A DNA stretch of 63,251 bases, filler included, from Licmophora abbreviata (lineage: Eukaryota), in the NCBI GenBank assembly GCA_900291995.1. It is 10 parts of 10 records of this genome, joined end to end, with 100 filler letters (N's around TTAATTAATTAA, not from the genome) between each part and the next. Parts side by side here need not be neighbours in the genome. Positions count along the whole stretch, not along the records: positions 5,290 to 20,617 come from OLMU01001404.1; positions 20,718 to 38,549 come from OLMU01001405.1; 8 more parts are not named here. The stretch is one strand, 5' to 3'. The notes below the pieces were generated by a model, which had not been told where the DNA came from, ran no database searches, and saw only the letters and a list, made by a program, of their open reading frames with translations. This document shows positions 9,320 through 21,340 of the stretch, piece by piece. Position numbers and translations under genes: made by a program. Position 1 is the first letter of the stretch, and each line of letters opens with the position of its first letter.

Positions 9320-12300
9320 ATGAGTGATCCTCACGATACTAACGAAGACACGCCGCAGTCTGTGGAAGAAGCAGGCGCATTGCTGGGCGCTGCCATTACG
9401 CGATTGCACCTCTCCTCGTCGACCAGCCAAAACACCCAAATTACGCAACCCCCAAAGGGCATGCACTCGTCGTTCGCCACAATTTCGCCCGTGCCTTCGT
9501 CTGAATTGTTCATGCGGCTACATAGCCTGCGTGCTCTCTTACGAAGCGTTCCGAAAGATCAGCTTCCTCTCGTCGCGGCGCCGTCGCTACTGGCAGTGTT
9601 ATTGAAATTGTTGCGAATTTCCAGTTCAGTCGCTACGACGATACTTACGTCCTCGGTAAGCTCGTCATCCTCTCACCATGACAAGCGATCTCCGGGTACA
9701 CCACCCATGCTGTCGACGCCCTTACGAAATTTGTGGGTGGACTGTGTGGTGCTCTGTCATGAATTGGGCGAAGATCTGACTGGCACGGCGCGGATGGACG
9801 CACTCGCCTTTCTGCGAACGCTCTTGAATTTGGCCGGTATCAATCCAAAAAGTAGCAAGGCTGCTGGTGGTACCAGGATTGCTGCGCTCCAGGTAATTGG
9901 TGGTCTCTTCGAAAGTCAAACGAAGCTGTCAATGAAACTGGCTCCATGGGCGCTCGATGTCCTCCAGTTATGTCACAAGGGACTCAAGTCCAGTGGACAG
10001 CACGAACCGTCGCATCGCCTGGAAGCCGTGCGAACCGCGTGCCGCGTTTTGATTGCATGCCGCACCGTGGCTCTGTCGAAGCAGCAACATGAGGGATCCA
10101 GTTTTGTTATCGCCAACGCCATGGAAGAAAAGGCGCTGGTCGAACTGGGAAAGCTGTTGCGTCAGGCCACAACCGACAAGTTTCCAGAAGTACGAGCAGC
10201 GGCAGCTAATTTGACATCCCTGGCGGCTCCCATGCTTTTTCTTTTTCAGTCTTCTAGTAGAAATATGTCTGATGGCCCTGCTGCAACCTCGGCTCCGACG
10301 ATGATTTTGGACGACATTACCGTGATTGCACTAAAGAATATCGACGATGAAATGACCGGCGTGGCGACGCAGTGGGCAGAGGCATTGGCACGATGTATCG
10401 CCGCTCTGATTCAGTACGGTGAACAGCTTCGAGCGGCAGAAAGTGTTCGTGGTGCACCGGAGGACGAAGGAAATGACACGGAAACAGCACCGACTGCATC
10501 TCGGTTTGGAGGAGGCAGGTCCAAGTCCATTACTGTTGCTCAGCAGTGCGCCAGTCTGAACAGGGCAATTCAGTTCTTAGTAGATCGATTCGTCAAAGCC
10601 GGGGGAGAATTGGCGGCGTCGCGTTGCGGTGGTACCTTTTCGACCGGTGGGCGTGCGGTCCGTGTCGGACTTTCACTTGCGCTGATGAAGCTCTTGCAAC
10701 TTCAAGTCAAGTCTGGGAACATTGGACAAGGAAGCGATTTATCAACCGAAGAGGTCATTGCGGCTGTATTAAATATGGTGGGGCCAGCGTTGGAGAAGCA
10801 GACCAGGGCACCCCCCGGATCATTAGGGCTGGATGCCAGTGCCCCTCCTTCGCCATCGGAAGGGCGAGGTGCTTTGTTCGGATCGGGGCGAAACAAGTCT
10901 CATGCTGACGCAGGTCTTGCTCGTCTAGCAACGAATCGAGTGTTGCGCCAGGGGTTGTCAGAAGTTTCAACCGAAGCGGTGCAGCTTGCTATTCTTCGAG
11001 AGCTAATTGCGAATTTACAGTCTGACGACGACGGAGCTACTGCAGAGGGCGAGATTGAACCAGAATCGTCGTCGCGGCTGAACGGGCACCAGTCGCAAGT
11101 CGTCTTGATTGAGATATCGCATCTTCTCACGACTCTTGGCGAAGCTGCGACATCATGCCTCGACGAGTTAGTTCCCGTCCTGAAAACTGGTTTAACACAC
11201 CCGATCCATGGGGTGCGCCACGAGGCTGCCATTGCGTGTGCTGCTATGGCGGGGCCCTTCCCGAGTGCTGCTCGCAGACTACTTCGATCGTCTGTTGACG
11301 AGATTCAGCTTCACCATGCTGAAATCGTGAAGCTTGCCAATTTGGGTGATGAATTCGATGAAAGGGCCAGTCCTAGACGACGGTTCCGAAAAAAGTTAAA
11401 CAAGACAGCTCTACATCCTTCATTTTCCCACCAGTGCGCGATTCATGGTTACAGTTTGATGGTTTCGATTCTGTTACGCGAGCTGCCTTATCTTCCTGGT
11501 GGACTCCCATCGAATCTATTGACGTCGGGTCTGTCGGTCGCCGAAATCCTGGTAAACTGTCAATACAATGATGTCATGGCCAAAACAATGTCCGTCGCCA
11601 CATGTACCTGCGTTCGAGCTGGCTACGGTATCATCGGCGGCTCATTGACCGTGGGGGCTGACTCGATCACACCCCATGTACATCTCGTCTTTGGTCTTTG
11701 GGAGAAGATTGGAAAAGTTGCAAAGACACAGAGCGAGCACTTCTCGGCGGAGAACGAGATAACTTGTTTTGATGCTTCGGTCTCTTCCGCCGTCGGGTTT
11801 CTCAAACACTGCCCGGAGCTTTTACTTGCGGTACCAGAAGCGTTGAGCAAGACGACGTTGCTTTTGGAGCAACTTCTTCCTTTAGTTCTTCCTGACGGTA
11901 GACTTGCGGTCGCAGGGTCGATCCCCGCTGCGACGTCGAGCCTAGATGCACTTAGGGCGTCTCTCTTGGAGGCCTTCGCGTGGCTTCCTCCAGGATCTTT
12001 CCCGATGGAAGCCGGTCATGTTTTCACCATGGCTGCGCAAGTCATCAGGGCAAGCACGGAAGCGGAAGTGACTTGTTCCCTCCTACCATCTCTTGTCAAT
12101 AACGAAGATGAAATCCTTGACGCCAAATCGCTCGAGCGAGCGGAACGATACGGTCAGGTTGGTGGAGCCCGTGATATTGAGGAAAGCAGCATTGCGCTTC
12201 TCGCCGAGATAGCTCATCATGTGGAGAGGGAATCAGTACTACATTTCCAGACGAGCAAGACAAATAAAATGACATTGAACAAGCGTCGAGACTTTCGAGG

Positions 12301-15300
12301 AAGTGCGATTCTGGGCATGGTGGCCTACGACGACGATCAACCTCCCGCCCCGACTCCGCTTCACGAAGTTGGAACATGGCGAGAACCAGCAGTGCCTTCG
12401 CCCTGCTCGAAGGTTAGACTCCTCGACGCCGCAGTTCAGTCGTTCTCGGCGACTTTTGGACTGAAGGATGGCAAGGAGCAGCAGTCCGCAATGCTAATGC
12501 TCGAGTCGCTGGTACCACCGCTCCTAGCGCAGCTAGCAAGGGCGATCGGTGTGAACACGGCTTTAACGGAAACCGAACGACGTCAGAAGGTATGTACGAG
12601 CTAGACGCTGCTTTCTCTCGTATCTCAATGATTATGAGTCGTGCCGAACTAACGTTCTTCGAACACTTCATGAGTACAGGCGAAAGACGATCACGCAGCA
12701 GTCGCGAATATCACTGCCGTGCTTCTGGCTTGTCTACAGGCGTTGCCACTTCACGAAGCAACCCACGATATTCCAATCGGTTTGGGGCCGCCATGGATGA
12801 ACAAGGCAAAAGACTTATTGCTGACATTGCTTCCATCAGCGTCCAACATCGTCCGCCGAGCCGCTGCAGAAGGTCTTGCCCTTCTGGCGACACTTGGTGT
12901 CACCGAGGATGCCCATACTCTTCAAAGCGCCGTCCTTCACTCTCTGGACGAAGTCATGCAGGGCAATCAGCCGGATGGCAAACCCCGAGCTCTGCCGCTG
13001 GCACCGGTCTCTGCTGCTCGAGCAGGCTCCTTACTGACATTGGCTTGCATCCAGAGAACCGCCCATCGAATCAAGGAAGAACACAAATCTCGCTCCCGTG
13101 GACGAGCCAAGAACAATAGTGCAGATGTGGACGACAGCGACGGCCTTCCAACTGTGCAGATGATGACACGTCTCCTCCCTTCGTTGACATGTCATGGCCT
13201 CGCACAAGAAGCTTTCGTCGTGAGGACCTACGCACTGCACTCTTTCGGGCTCCTTATTGCATACTCGCAGCCTGACGATGTTCCACTTCGTCCGGAAGAC
13301 GAGCATTTGTTGAAAAAGGTCATGGAGGTGGTGGAGGAAAACTTCCTTTCCGCATGGACTGCCATTTCCGCTGATTTTGACAAGGGACAAGAGGTAACAT
13401 GCACCCAGCTCGCTGACGAAACACTGCAGCCGCATTTTCTTTTTTCCGCTAACGCTGCATGACATTTCTGCTACAGGCTGAGAAGCTAGCTACCCGGGCC
13501 TCCTTTCTATCTGTACTGCTTCGGCTCATGACGTTTCTGGTGCCGTCGCTAGAATCTCTTGACTCGGACCCGAACATTTCCCATCGTTTTTCGTGCATGG
13601 CGACGCTCATTCTCGAATCGTTTGGATCCCATCCGGTTGTATTTGCAGAAGCCATGGCCTTCTTCGAGCGTCTGTCACTGCTCCAGCATATTTTACCACC
13701 GTCGTTGGACTATTTATCGCCGACTGAGAATTCTCTTACAAGCTGCATTCCGTTTGTCGTTCAAGGTCTCCGACCCAACTACCCTCCCGTCCTTGCTTAC
13801 GCGACGTGGAGCAGTTGCACTGGATGTCTAGGATCGATGACAGGGATGGGGATCGCAGCTCTGTGCGCACGATTTCTCTCTCTAAGTTCGATCGTAGCAT
13901 CGGTAGGCGAAAAAGTCGACGTCCCGTCGGCGCTCTTCGCCCTTCTCGAGCATGCCGCTGGCTGTCATATTTTCGCGGGTGAGACCCTTTATCGGCCTCT
14001 TGCGGCTCCTCGCGGGGCTGACGTCAGAAACAATTGCCAAGCCTCTGTTGAATCTATTGCTATTGAAGCGCTTGACACGCTTTTGTCGGTAGAAAGCAGA
14101 GCACAAGGAGGCACTAACGAAGCGATGCTGTTGTGGATCCTTCGTTCGAGATCACTTTTGAGCGGGGTATTCGCTGCTGCAGTCGTCACGGAGATGCATG
14201 AATCGAACATGTCTTCAGCGGAGGCTACTCGGAAGGCTATCCATCGTGCCAATACCAGTGCTTTAGGTGTCGTTGACGGTGCAGGGCAGTGCCGGTGGCA
14301 GGTGAAATGCCAAGCAAGCCGGAGTGCCATCGTCGCTCTACAGTCAATCGAAAGTCATGCTCGTCAGGAAGGGGCTATGGAAGAGTCTCCTCAGTTCAAC
14401 CCGAAGGCGGCAGAAAAAGCGCTGGAAGGCTCAGCGATGTCCTCGTTCCTTGCCCTCCATCTTACAGAAGTTCTGGCATCAGCGTGCAGCGCCGCTGTCG
14501 CCACGCTTGATCAATCTGAGCTCCGTCTCGTGCAGGAGGGCGGGGCGCGCTACCTGGCGAGGCTGATTTCTTGCTTTGGAGGCGTCCCCGATCCCGAGGA
14601 AGCCGATCTAAGCATCCTGGATCAGTATTCATCTCAGATTCTCTCGTCGGCGAAGCACGCTCTCTCGATGTACGATCAAGAGGAAGACGACGAAGTCTCG
14701 GGACAGCTTTTTGTCGTTGGATGCAAGGCTTTGCAGGCTATTTTTCGAACTCGCATCATTTCGGATCCTATGTCGCTCAAGCGGCTTGTCCGCCCAGTTC
14801 TTCCGTCTGGAAACGAGCTCCCGTATTGCGCATATAATGGCGACGACAGCCTTTTGGCCCTTCGCAATGTTCAAGATGACATGACATTTCGCAACCAACG
14901 AGAGCTGCTTCTACCGCGCATCGGAAAGCTTTGGACGATTGGAAAACTCCGCGTGCTCTCGGACAATGGTTACCTGCCAGATGAGGTTGTTGCCATGGTA
15001 TCAGAGTCGGTTGGCTCAAATAAGCACGGGGTTGCGGCGCACTCAGCAGCAGTCGCCGTTGACGCTTGTCGTCTCCTTCTAGGCGCCGGTCTGAACCTGT
15101 GCGGGTCAAGTACAGAAACACGTAGTGAGCCTATTTCGTGTCAGACGGGGCTTCTATATGCTAATTTGCGGGACATTGACGACAAGGTTAAAGAAGCTCT
15201 TGTGGAAGCGTGGCCGAGCTGCGCTTGCAACGCTGTGGTGAATTTTGTCGAAGCGATTGCTGCGACAGAGGATGAGACTTGCCGTCATGAGTATATGGTT

Positions 15301-16623
15301 TGGTTGGAAGCGCTCCTTCCCATTATCTTCTCGGGCTTCCACGACGGCGTGGCAGCCATGGGTGCGACAACCACAAAACGACAGCCGGTGGCGGCATGGG
15401 CCAATGTTATTGAGTCGGAGGAAGTAGTCGTCATGTGTATGCACAGTTTGCGTGAACTGTTCCGCCATGCACCTCAGGAAATGACTGGCCCACGATCCGG
15501 GGATCTCGGCGTTGCAGTTTCGTCGGTGTCGGAGTCAATCATCCTCGCCATTATGGACGAAGGGAACGCAGAGTCTTCAAAGAGACGTATCGGTAGCGAG
15601 CTCGTGACGGAAACCTGCAATTTCTTGGAAACGATCACAGTATCTCTTCTTGACTCGAACAAACTCAAGTCTGCAGTTGTTGCTGCCGTCTTGACTCCAT
15701 TGCGCCCATTGCAAACGGGGGAGCTTGACCTTTCGAGCTCACGCGTTACAAGCATCGCCGCGTCGTCTCTCGTGGCTGCCTACAACCTGATCCAACGCCC
15801 GGGCGCCGATGAAGCCCTTGTCCAGACCATGCTGCAGCTCTCTTTGGACGTGCTGTCCAGTAGTGACTTCCAAAATGCTCCAGATGACAGGATTCTCAAG
15901 GAGGCTCAAGCGCTCTTGGGCGAATGTCTGAACCACGACGAGATCCCTACTTTGCACCGCGAAGGACTCGCCCGCGAAATGGCACACGAAAACAAGTGGG
16001 ATGCATGGGCAATCGTGTGTTCGCATTCACAAGCAGCTCTCGCACAAAGCATCCCGGCAGCAAAGGACGCGCTACGAGACCCCGAGCGCCAGACCGTGGT
16101 TCTAGCGGCGATCCGTCGCGTCGCGCAGGAGGCGACGGCTGCAACGATTCCGGTAGTCATGCGTGATCTGGGCGCACCCGTCTTGGCTCTGCTCCACTCG
16201 TACGGCACACTCACACCGCCACCACCCGACTTGACGCTCCGCACCAACTGTTGCGCCGATGCGATGAAGATACTCATGTTGGCCTACCCGACCATGTCCG
16301 ACAAGGACGAACACCTCACCAAATTCCTCTCCGTCGTCTTGGAAGTCTGGGCCCTACTGATTGGCTACAACGGCCTACCCAATCAATCTTCCCCACAACC
16401 CCACGCCGATGCCAACTTGGGTCGCATGGCCGCACAGGCCATCGTGGTGGTGGCCCGCACGACGCCCACGGCCTTCAAGGACAGCATGCCGCACTTGTCG
16501 GAACGGGGACGGGCCTTGTTGGAGTTTTCGGTGCGTGCGGAAATGACGGGCTACGCCGCGACGGCGAGTGGTGCGCCTGCTGCCAAGAAAAAGTTGAATC
16601 TACAGGGTTTTACAAAGCAATAA
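9320..16623 (+). CDS. HEATR5: HEAT repeat-containing protein 5 (HEATR5/Laa1/SWEETIE-like AP-1 accessory factor); exons 9320-12589, 12680-13393, 13477-16623
   Basis: Helical-repeat protein of ~2,400 aa. Motifs VRRAAAEGLALLA, ARAGSLLTLACIQR, VRTYALHSFGLL and a C-terminal KKKLNLQGF resemble the HEATR5 family. Two in-phase GT-AG introns. Confidence 0.75.
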
Positions 16624-16692
16624 TAAGAATGAGTGAAAAAGGATTATGACTAGTAGTGAAACATGTACTCGAGCGTATGGAAGGAGTACAAC

Positions 16693-18123
16693 TTAGTGTT
16701 GTACGGGAACCACTGTAGCGTGGACAATCGTGGAGTTCTTTGCCGCTTGCTCCTCGTCATTTTTGGAACTTCGCTTGACGGAAGCGGTATGCGTCAGGGA
16801 TGACTTGGAGCGCCTCGGACGATGCAACCGTGGTGTCGTAGTCTTTACAAGAGAGTCCCGCACAAGAGTCATAATGGCGTCATCCACCGACGCATCATAA
16901 CGACAAGAAGCATGATTGTTGGTATTCTGTTTGTCTACACATGTCGTCAAATGCCATTTGGCAATACCAACTTGTTGACAAAGGCGTTGTAGGTGTGCTC
17001 CAAGTTGCACCCACATGACAGCTTGTTGTTGTTGTTGCTGTTGTTGTTGTGGTTCGTTCGACGATGGGAGGAGATCGGTCTTGTGTACCAACAATACTAC
17101 TTCTGGCAGTGACGAGGAGAGAGTTTGATCTTGACGTAGTTGATAATCCAACCAGTGTTTCCATTGAAGAATATCGTGCAACAACTGTTGTGTTCCATGT
17201 TCCAAGGAGAGTACCAAGAAGATTCCATTGGCCCGATCGAGGAGACGTTGCCATTCATCCTGCTTTTGTTGTTGTTGTTGTTGTTGTTGTTGTCGAGTGG
17301 TAGTGTGTCGTAGTAGAGTACGCGTATTTTCTTGCACGTTGTGGGTCAATCCAGTCACGTCCCAAAACTGAACTCGTGTGGTAGTAGGAGAAGAAGCAGT
17401 GTTCCAAAAGGTCACATCCTTCTTGTGATAGGCAACCGACCACGTGAGTGCCGCTTCCTGTTGTTGTGGAGGATTCGACTCTAGTTTTGTAGTAGTAGTT
17501 GTAGTAGTAGTTGTTGTTGTTCGATGAAGGAACCGTTGGAGTAGAGTCGTCTTTCCCACATGTGCCGGTCCCAGCAGCAAGACTCGTACCATGCGGGTGG
17601 CGGTATTGGGCACGGGCGGTGGTTCCGCGGGTTCGTTCGGATAGAGCCAAGGAGGTTCCGTGCAATCCAAGTCAGAGTTTGAATGAGCAGTAGTAGATGT
17701 GTTTGTTGAAGTAGTAGTGGTGTAGAGTGGAGAGGAAAAGAGCCAGTGACCTGGTACAAGTTCGACCCGAGGCAGTGGAGCGACAGACCATGTAGTACTT
17801 GTCGTACTTGTAGTACTAGTATTTGGCTGTGATAAGTCTGTAGTCGCGTTCTTGGTCTGATTCTGTAGGGTGTATGAGGAAGCATCGTGATTCTTCACTG
17901 TTGCATTCCGTATTTCCGTGGGAACGGCGCTGTTGTTGTTGTTGTTGTTGTTGTTGCTGCTGCGGTAGGTCCGTCGTCTCCGTGCTCTTCGGACAGTGCT
18001 GTGCTTGCTAGTTTGAGAACGCGAAGGTGAATATGGCAATGAGGACGACGACGGACATGAGAGACTCGTACGCTTTGATGGAGGTCTTGTGTTGTGTGGT
18101 GATGTGTGTGTGTCATATGTCAC
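16693..18123 (-). CDS. Divergent Rab-family small GTPase (Rab32/38/29-like) with homopolymeric N/T/Q insertions; start uncertain
   Basis: G1 GPAHVGKT, G3 WDVTG, G4 HKTD; WKHWLD...VVLLVHKTD and GIAKWHLTTC resemble Rab32/38. The first in-frame ATG is at 17592. Confidence 0.65.
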   Translation of the reverse strand: MTYDTHTSPHNTRPPSKRTSLSCPSSSSLPYSPSRSQTSKHSTVRRARRRRTYRSSNNNNNNNNSAVPTEIRNATVKNHDASSYTLQNQTKNATTDLSQPNTSTTSTTSTTWSVAPLPRVELVPGHWLFSSPLYTTTTSTNTSTTAHSNSDLDCTEPPWLYPNEPAEPPPVPNTATRMVRVLLLGPAHVGKTTLLQRFLHRTTTTTTTTTTTKLESNPPQQQEAALTWSVAYHKKDVTFWNTASSPTTTRVQFWDVTGLTHNVQENTRTLLRHTTTRQQQQQQQQQKQDEWQRLLDRANGIFLVLSLEHGTQQLLHDILQWKHWLDYQLRQDQTLSSSLPEVVLLVHKTDLLPSSNEPQQQQQQQQQAVMWVQLGAHLQRLCQQVGIAKWHLTTCVDKQNTNNHASCRYDASVDDAIMTLVRDSLVKTTTPRLHRPRRSKSSLTHTASVKRSSKNDEEQAAKNSTIVHATVVPVQH

Positions 18124-19520
18124 ATTGACGATCGCGTCATGGTCGATGATATCATTTCGTACATCATCCCCTCTGAACTACTCTTAATCTGCTAATCTGG
18201 CGCGCACGAGCTTTCCATTGATTGATACAATCAACTCTAGAGCTCGTACCTATCATATTCATTATATTCATATCCTAAACAGTCATCAATCATACTCAGT
18301 ACTCTCCAGCGCTAAAACTAGCCGCCACGACACAGCAGCTGACGATGATGGCATGTGTACGAGTTGTCAATCACTGTCACCAATCGTCGCACACAACACA
18401 CGGTAGAGTCACGCATGCAGTGTTGAACTGTACTGAGTAGTGCATCTCTTACACACCACCACCACCATCATCAAACTAAACTGTGAAAGCCAATGTGGAA
18501 AAGTCCTGTTTGGAAGCGAGCGGCAGTGTGTCAGCAGATCACTGCCGGTACGACAGTCGGCGCAGCGAGGGTGATGCAATCTTTCTTGTCGCACAAGCCA
18601 CCGTCGTCCTTGTCACTCTCGAACCACTCCTTTTCCACGAATGCATCCTCTGCTTCTTCCATCAAGGCTGCTGCCCACGACGACACCCCACAATCACCAC
18701 CACCACCACCACCGTCCTCCTCCTCCCCCAACAGCAGCGGCCCCTCCGGCACTCTCTTCCACGCCCCCCTCGACTCCACCCTCCTCCACAAACACGCCGA
18801 AATCCGCCGCACCTTTGACGCCCAAAGCAACGCCCAAGGCCTCCTCGTCTGCGGCGGCACCCACCTCGCCAAACACGCCTCCTTCGATCCGCTCTACCGC
18901 CGCGCCCAAACTTGGATTCGACACCATGCGGTCGGACCGGCCGTCCTCTCGCCGCTCCTCACCACGGGACTCATCCAAGCACTGGTCGAAGCCACCCTGC
19001 CGCAAGCGATCGTACTCTCCACCTCCATCCAACAACTCCGGCCCTTGATTGTAGGCGTGCAAGTCTGTGCGCGTATTCAAGTGTCCAGTGTACTGCAGGA
19101 TGATGACGCGGAGGATACTACCACCACTACCACTACCGACCACAACAAACGATCCAATGGATATCAAGTCGTCTTGCAAACTTCCGTGGCACGAGTGCGC
19201 GATGGTGCCATGATTGCGACCGGGACGCATGATATTTGGATTCCAGACTATCTGCGCATGTAAGGACTTTGCTACCAGCGTGTGTTAGAGAATACTCCGA
19301 GTACTACTCGTACAGTAAGAATGAAGAGTCAAAGTGGTGATTGTCAACATGATGTTTGGAGAGTGTCGTAGAAGTAGTCAGTCGTATGACAGGAATGGGA
19401 CATAATAGCATGCCACTACAAGGAATCAACAAAAGCACTGCGAGACAAGAATCGTTCTATAGAAAATGGTCTAGCCTCTAGTAGAATTAGAAGGAAGTAG
19501 AAGAAATAGGAGTAGTAGTA
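16960..19520. repeat. Cluster of trinucleotide microsatellites (TGT/ACA, AGT/ACT, ACC)
   Basis: Runs near 17025-17050, 17267-17293, 17488-17521, 17931-17957, 18695-18711, 19118-19136 and 19511-19524. Confidence 0.8.
18493..19263 (+). CDS. HotDog-fold (MaoC/HTD2-like) protein with mitochondrial-type presequence
   Basis: LSPLLTTGLIQALVEATLP...LRPLIVGVQVCARIQV matches the MaoC central helix plus beta strands. The N-terminus is Arg/Ser-rich. Confidence 0.6.
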   Translation: MWKSPVWKRAAVCQQITAGTTVGAARVMQSFLSHKPPSSLSLSNHSFSTNASSASSIKAAAHDDTPQSPPPPPPSSSSPNSSGPSGTLFHAPLDSTLLHKHAEIRRTFDAQSNAQGLLVCGGTHLAKHASFDPLYRRAQTWIRHHAVGPAVLSPLLTTGLIQALVEATLPQAIVLSTSIQQLRPLIVGVQVCARIQVSSVLQDDDAEDTTTTTTTDHNKRSNGYQVVLQTSVARVRDGAMIATGTHDIWIPDYLRM

Positions 19521-19587
19521 GTAGTCAATGAAGGGTGGTATTCATTCATACATGAATAGACTCACCCTTCGCCTTTTTCTCACTCTC

Positions 19588-20531
19588 TCAATTGACTTCT
19601 TCCGAATCCTCCAATTCGGGCAAGACATCATCATCATCAACGTCGTCGTCGTCGTCATCAAAATCTTCTCCCATGGCAGCACCACCACCCATGTTGCCCA
19701 TTTGTTTCATCTGAAATGACGAGAACAAGCACAATTGTAAGAGTGTGAATGTGCGCACGTGTATGTTTGGACAAACACCGTGGGAACGTACCAAAGCCTC
19801 CATGTCCATTCCGCCCATGCCCGCTCCTCCCATACCTGGCATGCCACCCATGTCCATACCTGGCGGCATTCCTCCCATACCTGGCATGCCACCCATTCCT
19901 CCCATACCCGGCGGCATGCCACCTCCCCCCATGCCCATTCCACCCTGCAACGCCGACATGTCAAATCCACCTTCTTCCTCCTCTTCGTCTTCATCGACAT
20001 ACTTGTCCCAATCAATCTTGACTTGATTCTTCTCCAGCGTTTTGTCTTTCAGGAGTCTAGGCCAGAAGTCGTCTTTTTCTTCGTCTTGTTCCTTTTTCTG
20101 TTTGAGAATATGCATTTGAATGCTGCGAGGGAGGACCTTGTAGGTGGATCCGTCGCTGTCCACGTTGCTGAAAAAGGCGAGGTGGACCTCGTAGTCCTTG
20201 CCGTTGCTTTGGCCCGTGAAATTCAGTTCCGAATCCGTCAATTGGATCTTTTCCTTTTGGACGTCTAGTGTCGTAGCATGGTGGTGTGAGTATTATATAC
20301 AGATAAGTATTGAAAATACGTAGTGTGAGATTGACGTGTCGCAAGCAAGAGCAATGCAGTGTGGATCGTGGGTGTGTGTCTTGTCTGTACCATTTCTTCT
20401 TTTCTGCAGGTTGTAGTTTCATCAAAGTATTACTATAACTATAACTATAACTTACCAGGAAGATTGATCGTCAGGTAGAGCGAATCCGATCGCTGTGCGT
20501 ACTTGACGGGAGCTGTATTGACTGCAGTCAT
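19588..20531 (-). CDS. Hsp90 co-chaperone p23 (CS domain, GGM-rich tail); exons 20531-20456, 20264-19792, 19710-19588
   Basis: APVKYAQRSDSLYLTINLP|DVQ, WPRLLK and VKIDWDKYVDEDEE are p23/Sba1 signatures. Two GT-AG introns. Confidence 0.93.
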
Positions 20532-20617
20532 GGTGGATGTATGTTGTTGTGGTGGTTGTGGTGGTTGTTTTTGGCGGGCTTTAAGTTGCGTGGTGCTCCT
20601 TGCTCCTTGCACACTTT

Positions 20618-20717
20618 NNNNNNNNNNNNNNNNNNNNNNNNNNNNNNNNNNNNNNNNNNNNTTAATTAATTAANNNNNNNNNNNNNNNNNNNNNNNNNNN
20701 NNNNNNNNNNNNNNNNN
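20618..20717. other. Assembly gap spacer
   Basis: N44-TTAATTAATTAA-N44. Confidence 0.99.
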
Positions 20718-21110
20718 ATAGTATTCGAGGACTCAGACGATGAGCCTACACTGCCTTGCGATGCGCAGGCCTTGCGCAACAAGGCCATTGTCTACCAGCT
20801 CGCCATGGGTACGACACCACCACCTACTACTACCACTCCACCGACGACGAGCTTGCGACACTACGCGTATGATCCAGTCGATGCCAAGATTGAAAGACTC
20901 ATTCGCATGTCTCGTTTCAAAGCTACACACTCTTCCTCTCGTCTCGTCGCCAAGGCAGGCTCGTCGCAGGACTTGGACATGCATCCGCAGGATGACGATG
21001 GGCTTGGGATGGCAAGACCGAGATCGAACTCATTGCCGAATGACCATGGCCATCACTGGACGACGGCGTATGAGGAAACGGAAGATATGGACGTGGACGG
21101 TTCAGGATGA
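20718..21110 (+). CDS. 3' fragment of a hypothetical protein
   Basis: Open frame from the gap edge (IVFEDSDDEPT...) to TGA at 21110; no recognisable motif. Confidence 0.45.
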   Translation: MVFEDSDDEPTLPCDAQALRNKAIVYQLAMGTTPPPTTTTPPTTSLRHYAYDPVDAKIERLIRMSRFKATHSSSRLVAKAGSSQDLDMHPQDDDGLGMARPRSNSLPNDHGHHWTTAYEETEDMDVDGSG

Positions 21111-21340
21111 TGTGTGTGTAGCCGCTACTGTATACCTGCATTGACTATGCTACAATCTTTCTTGCAACTGTACCATCCGTGCCTACATCAATCCACGCAC
21201 GTCACAGTAGAGAAGAACGCAACAGTAGCAATGACGTGCATTCCATTTTAGACATCAACTTCGTAGTATGCCGTTCATTCTCCTTTCTACACTTCCTTTC
21301 AAGCCCGTGTCTTGGTATACAACTGAAAATCTCATCGCCT

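Noticed and set aside
20265..20455. TTGATGA box-C-like motif in p23 intron 1
   Set aside because: No downstream CTGA box D or terminal stem.
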